From NCBI RefSeq assembly GCF_964194025.1, contig NC_134473.1, positions 13,826,001 through 13,890,000 on the forward strand: a stretch of 64,000 nucleotides of DNA. Direction: 5' to 3'. Under the pieces are notes generated by a model. The model saw only the letters and a program-made list of their open reading frames with translations, searched no databases and had not been told where the DNA came from. Below, piece after piece: positions 63,468-64,000 of this stretch (its first letter is position 1; every line of letters starts with the position of its first letter). Origin of the DNA: Convolutriloba macropyga (lineage: Eukaryota). A program made the position numbers and the translations under genes.

Positions 63468-64000
63468 TAAAATAAACTGTGTTCATACACAGGAAATATT
63501 GTGCCTATCATTAAGTTTTGCTCGCAGGCATAGTGTCCCAAGAAAACAAACCTTATGAAAATTTAAATAGGGCAAGTAATGGTAGCAATATAGATTCTTT
63601 CATCCATTCAGGGGTACAATGAAAGACCATTGAGTTTTAAATAACTACCTCTTAGTCCCTATGTGATGATGCACAACCTGCTACTCTTTTTATCACCGAC
63701 AAAATCCAAGAATGAAGCTCCAATTATTATCGAAAACGCATGCGGCGACAAAACAAGACAATATATTTGAGGAGATTTTAGTTTGAGTTAAAACCAACTA
63801 TTAAATCGGCAAAAATAGTTCCATTGAAATTTTTATGACATCATTAAAAAACCTTTGTGTAATTTTGGAAGTGAAATGAACAAAAGGACAATTAGTAATC
63901 AGTACTGGAGTTTCTTCACCGTTTCAAAAAAACTTACCTGGCTGGTCTATTGCTAGTGCTCAAATTGCAAAAAATGAAAGAAATTAGAGTGAACCTTCAA

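Larger units (their letters stand above)
56200..63900 (+). mobile_element. Highly decayed LINE (endonuclease plus RT) fragments, internally duplicated
   Basis: Remnants of NMRSVLN, VICLTKIWL, GDVNF, YRPISLL, HLDFAEVFNKVDH, SGVPQGS and FTDDFK. Confidence 0.75.

Overview
AT-rich animal (probably invertebrate) nuclear DNA, not prokaryotic. Five protein-coding genes can be built by hand from GT-AG splice sites, all on the minus strand. In transcription order they are RNF126/RNF115-like RING-H2 ligase (2 coding exons), EIF3F (intronless CDS), ZNHIT1 (intronless CDS), cathepsin D (5 exons, 397 aa) and DCAF12 (6 coding exons seen; the 3' part lies left of the window). Two spacers are very short (361 and 501 nt), and four of the five start regions follow a 3' splice-acceptor-like motif, which raises the possibility of an operon with SL trans-splicing. 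The introns are packed with at least five families of non-autonomous Helentron-like (HINE/DINE-1-type) elements. These share one end architecture but use family-specific inverted repeats. All ~30 recognisable copies point the same way as the genes, and they repeatedly insert into the A/T tract ~40-55 bp inside the 5' end of another copy, giving nests up to about five levels deep. Also present: several MITE families with TSDs, decayed LINEs, a decayed SGNH-like ORF, and three near-identical tandem duplications (periods 902, 1391 and 3489 bp). Coordinates were counted by eye, so repeat boundaries may be off by a few bases.
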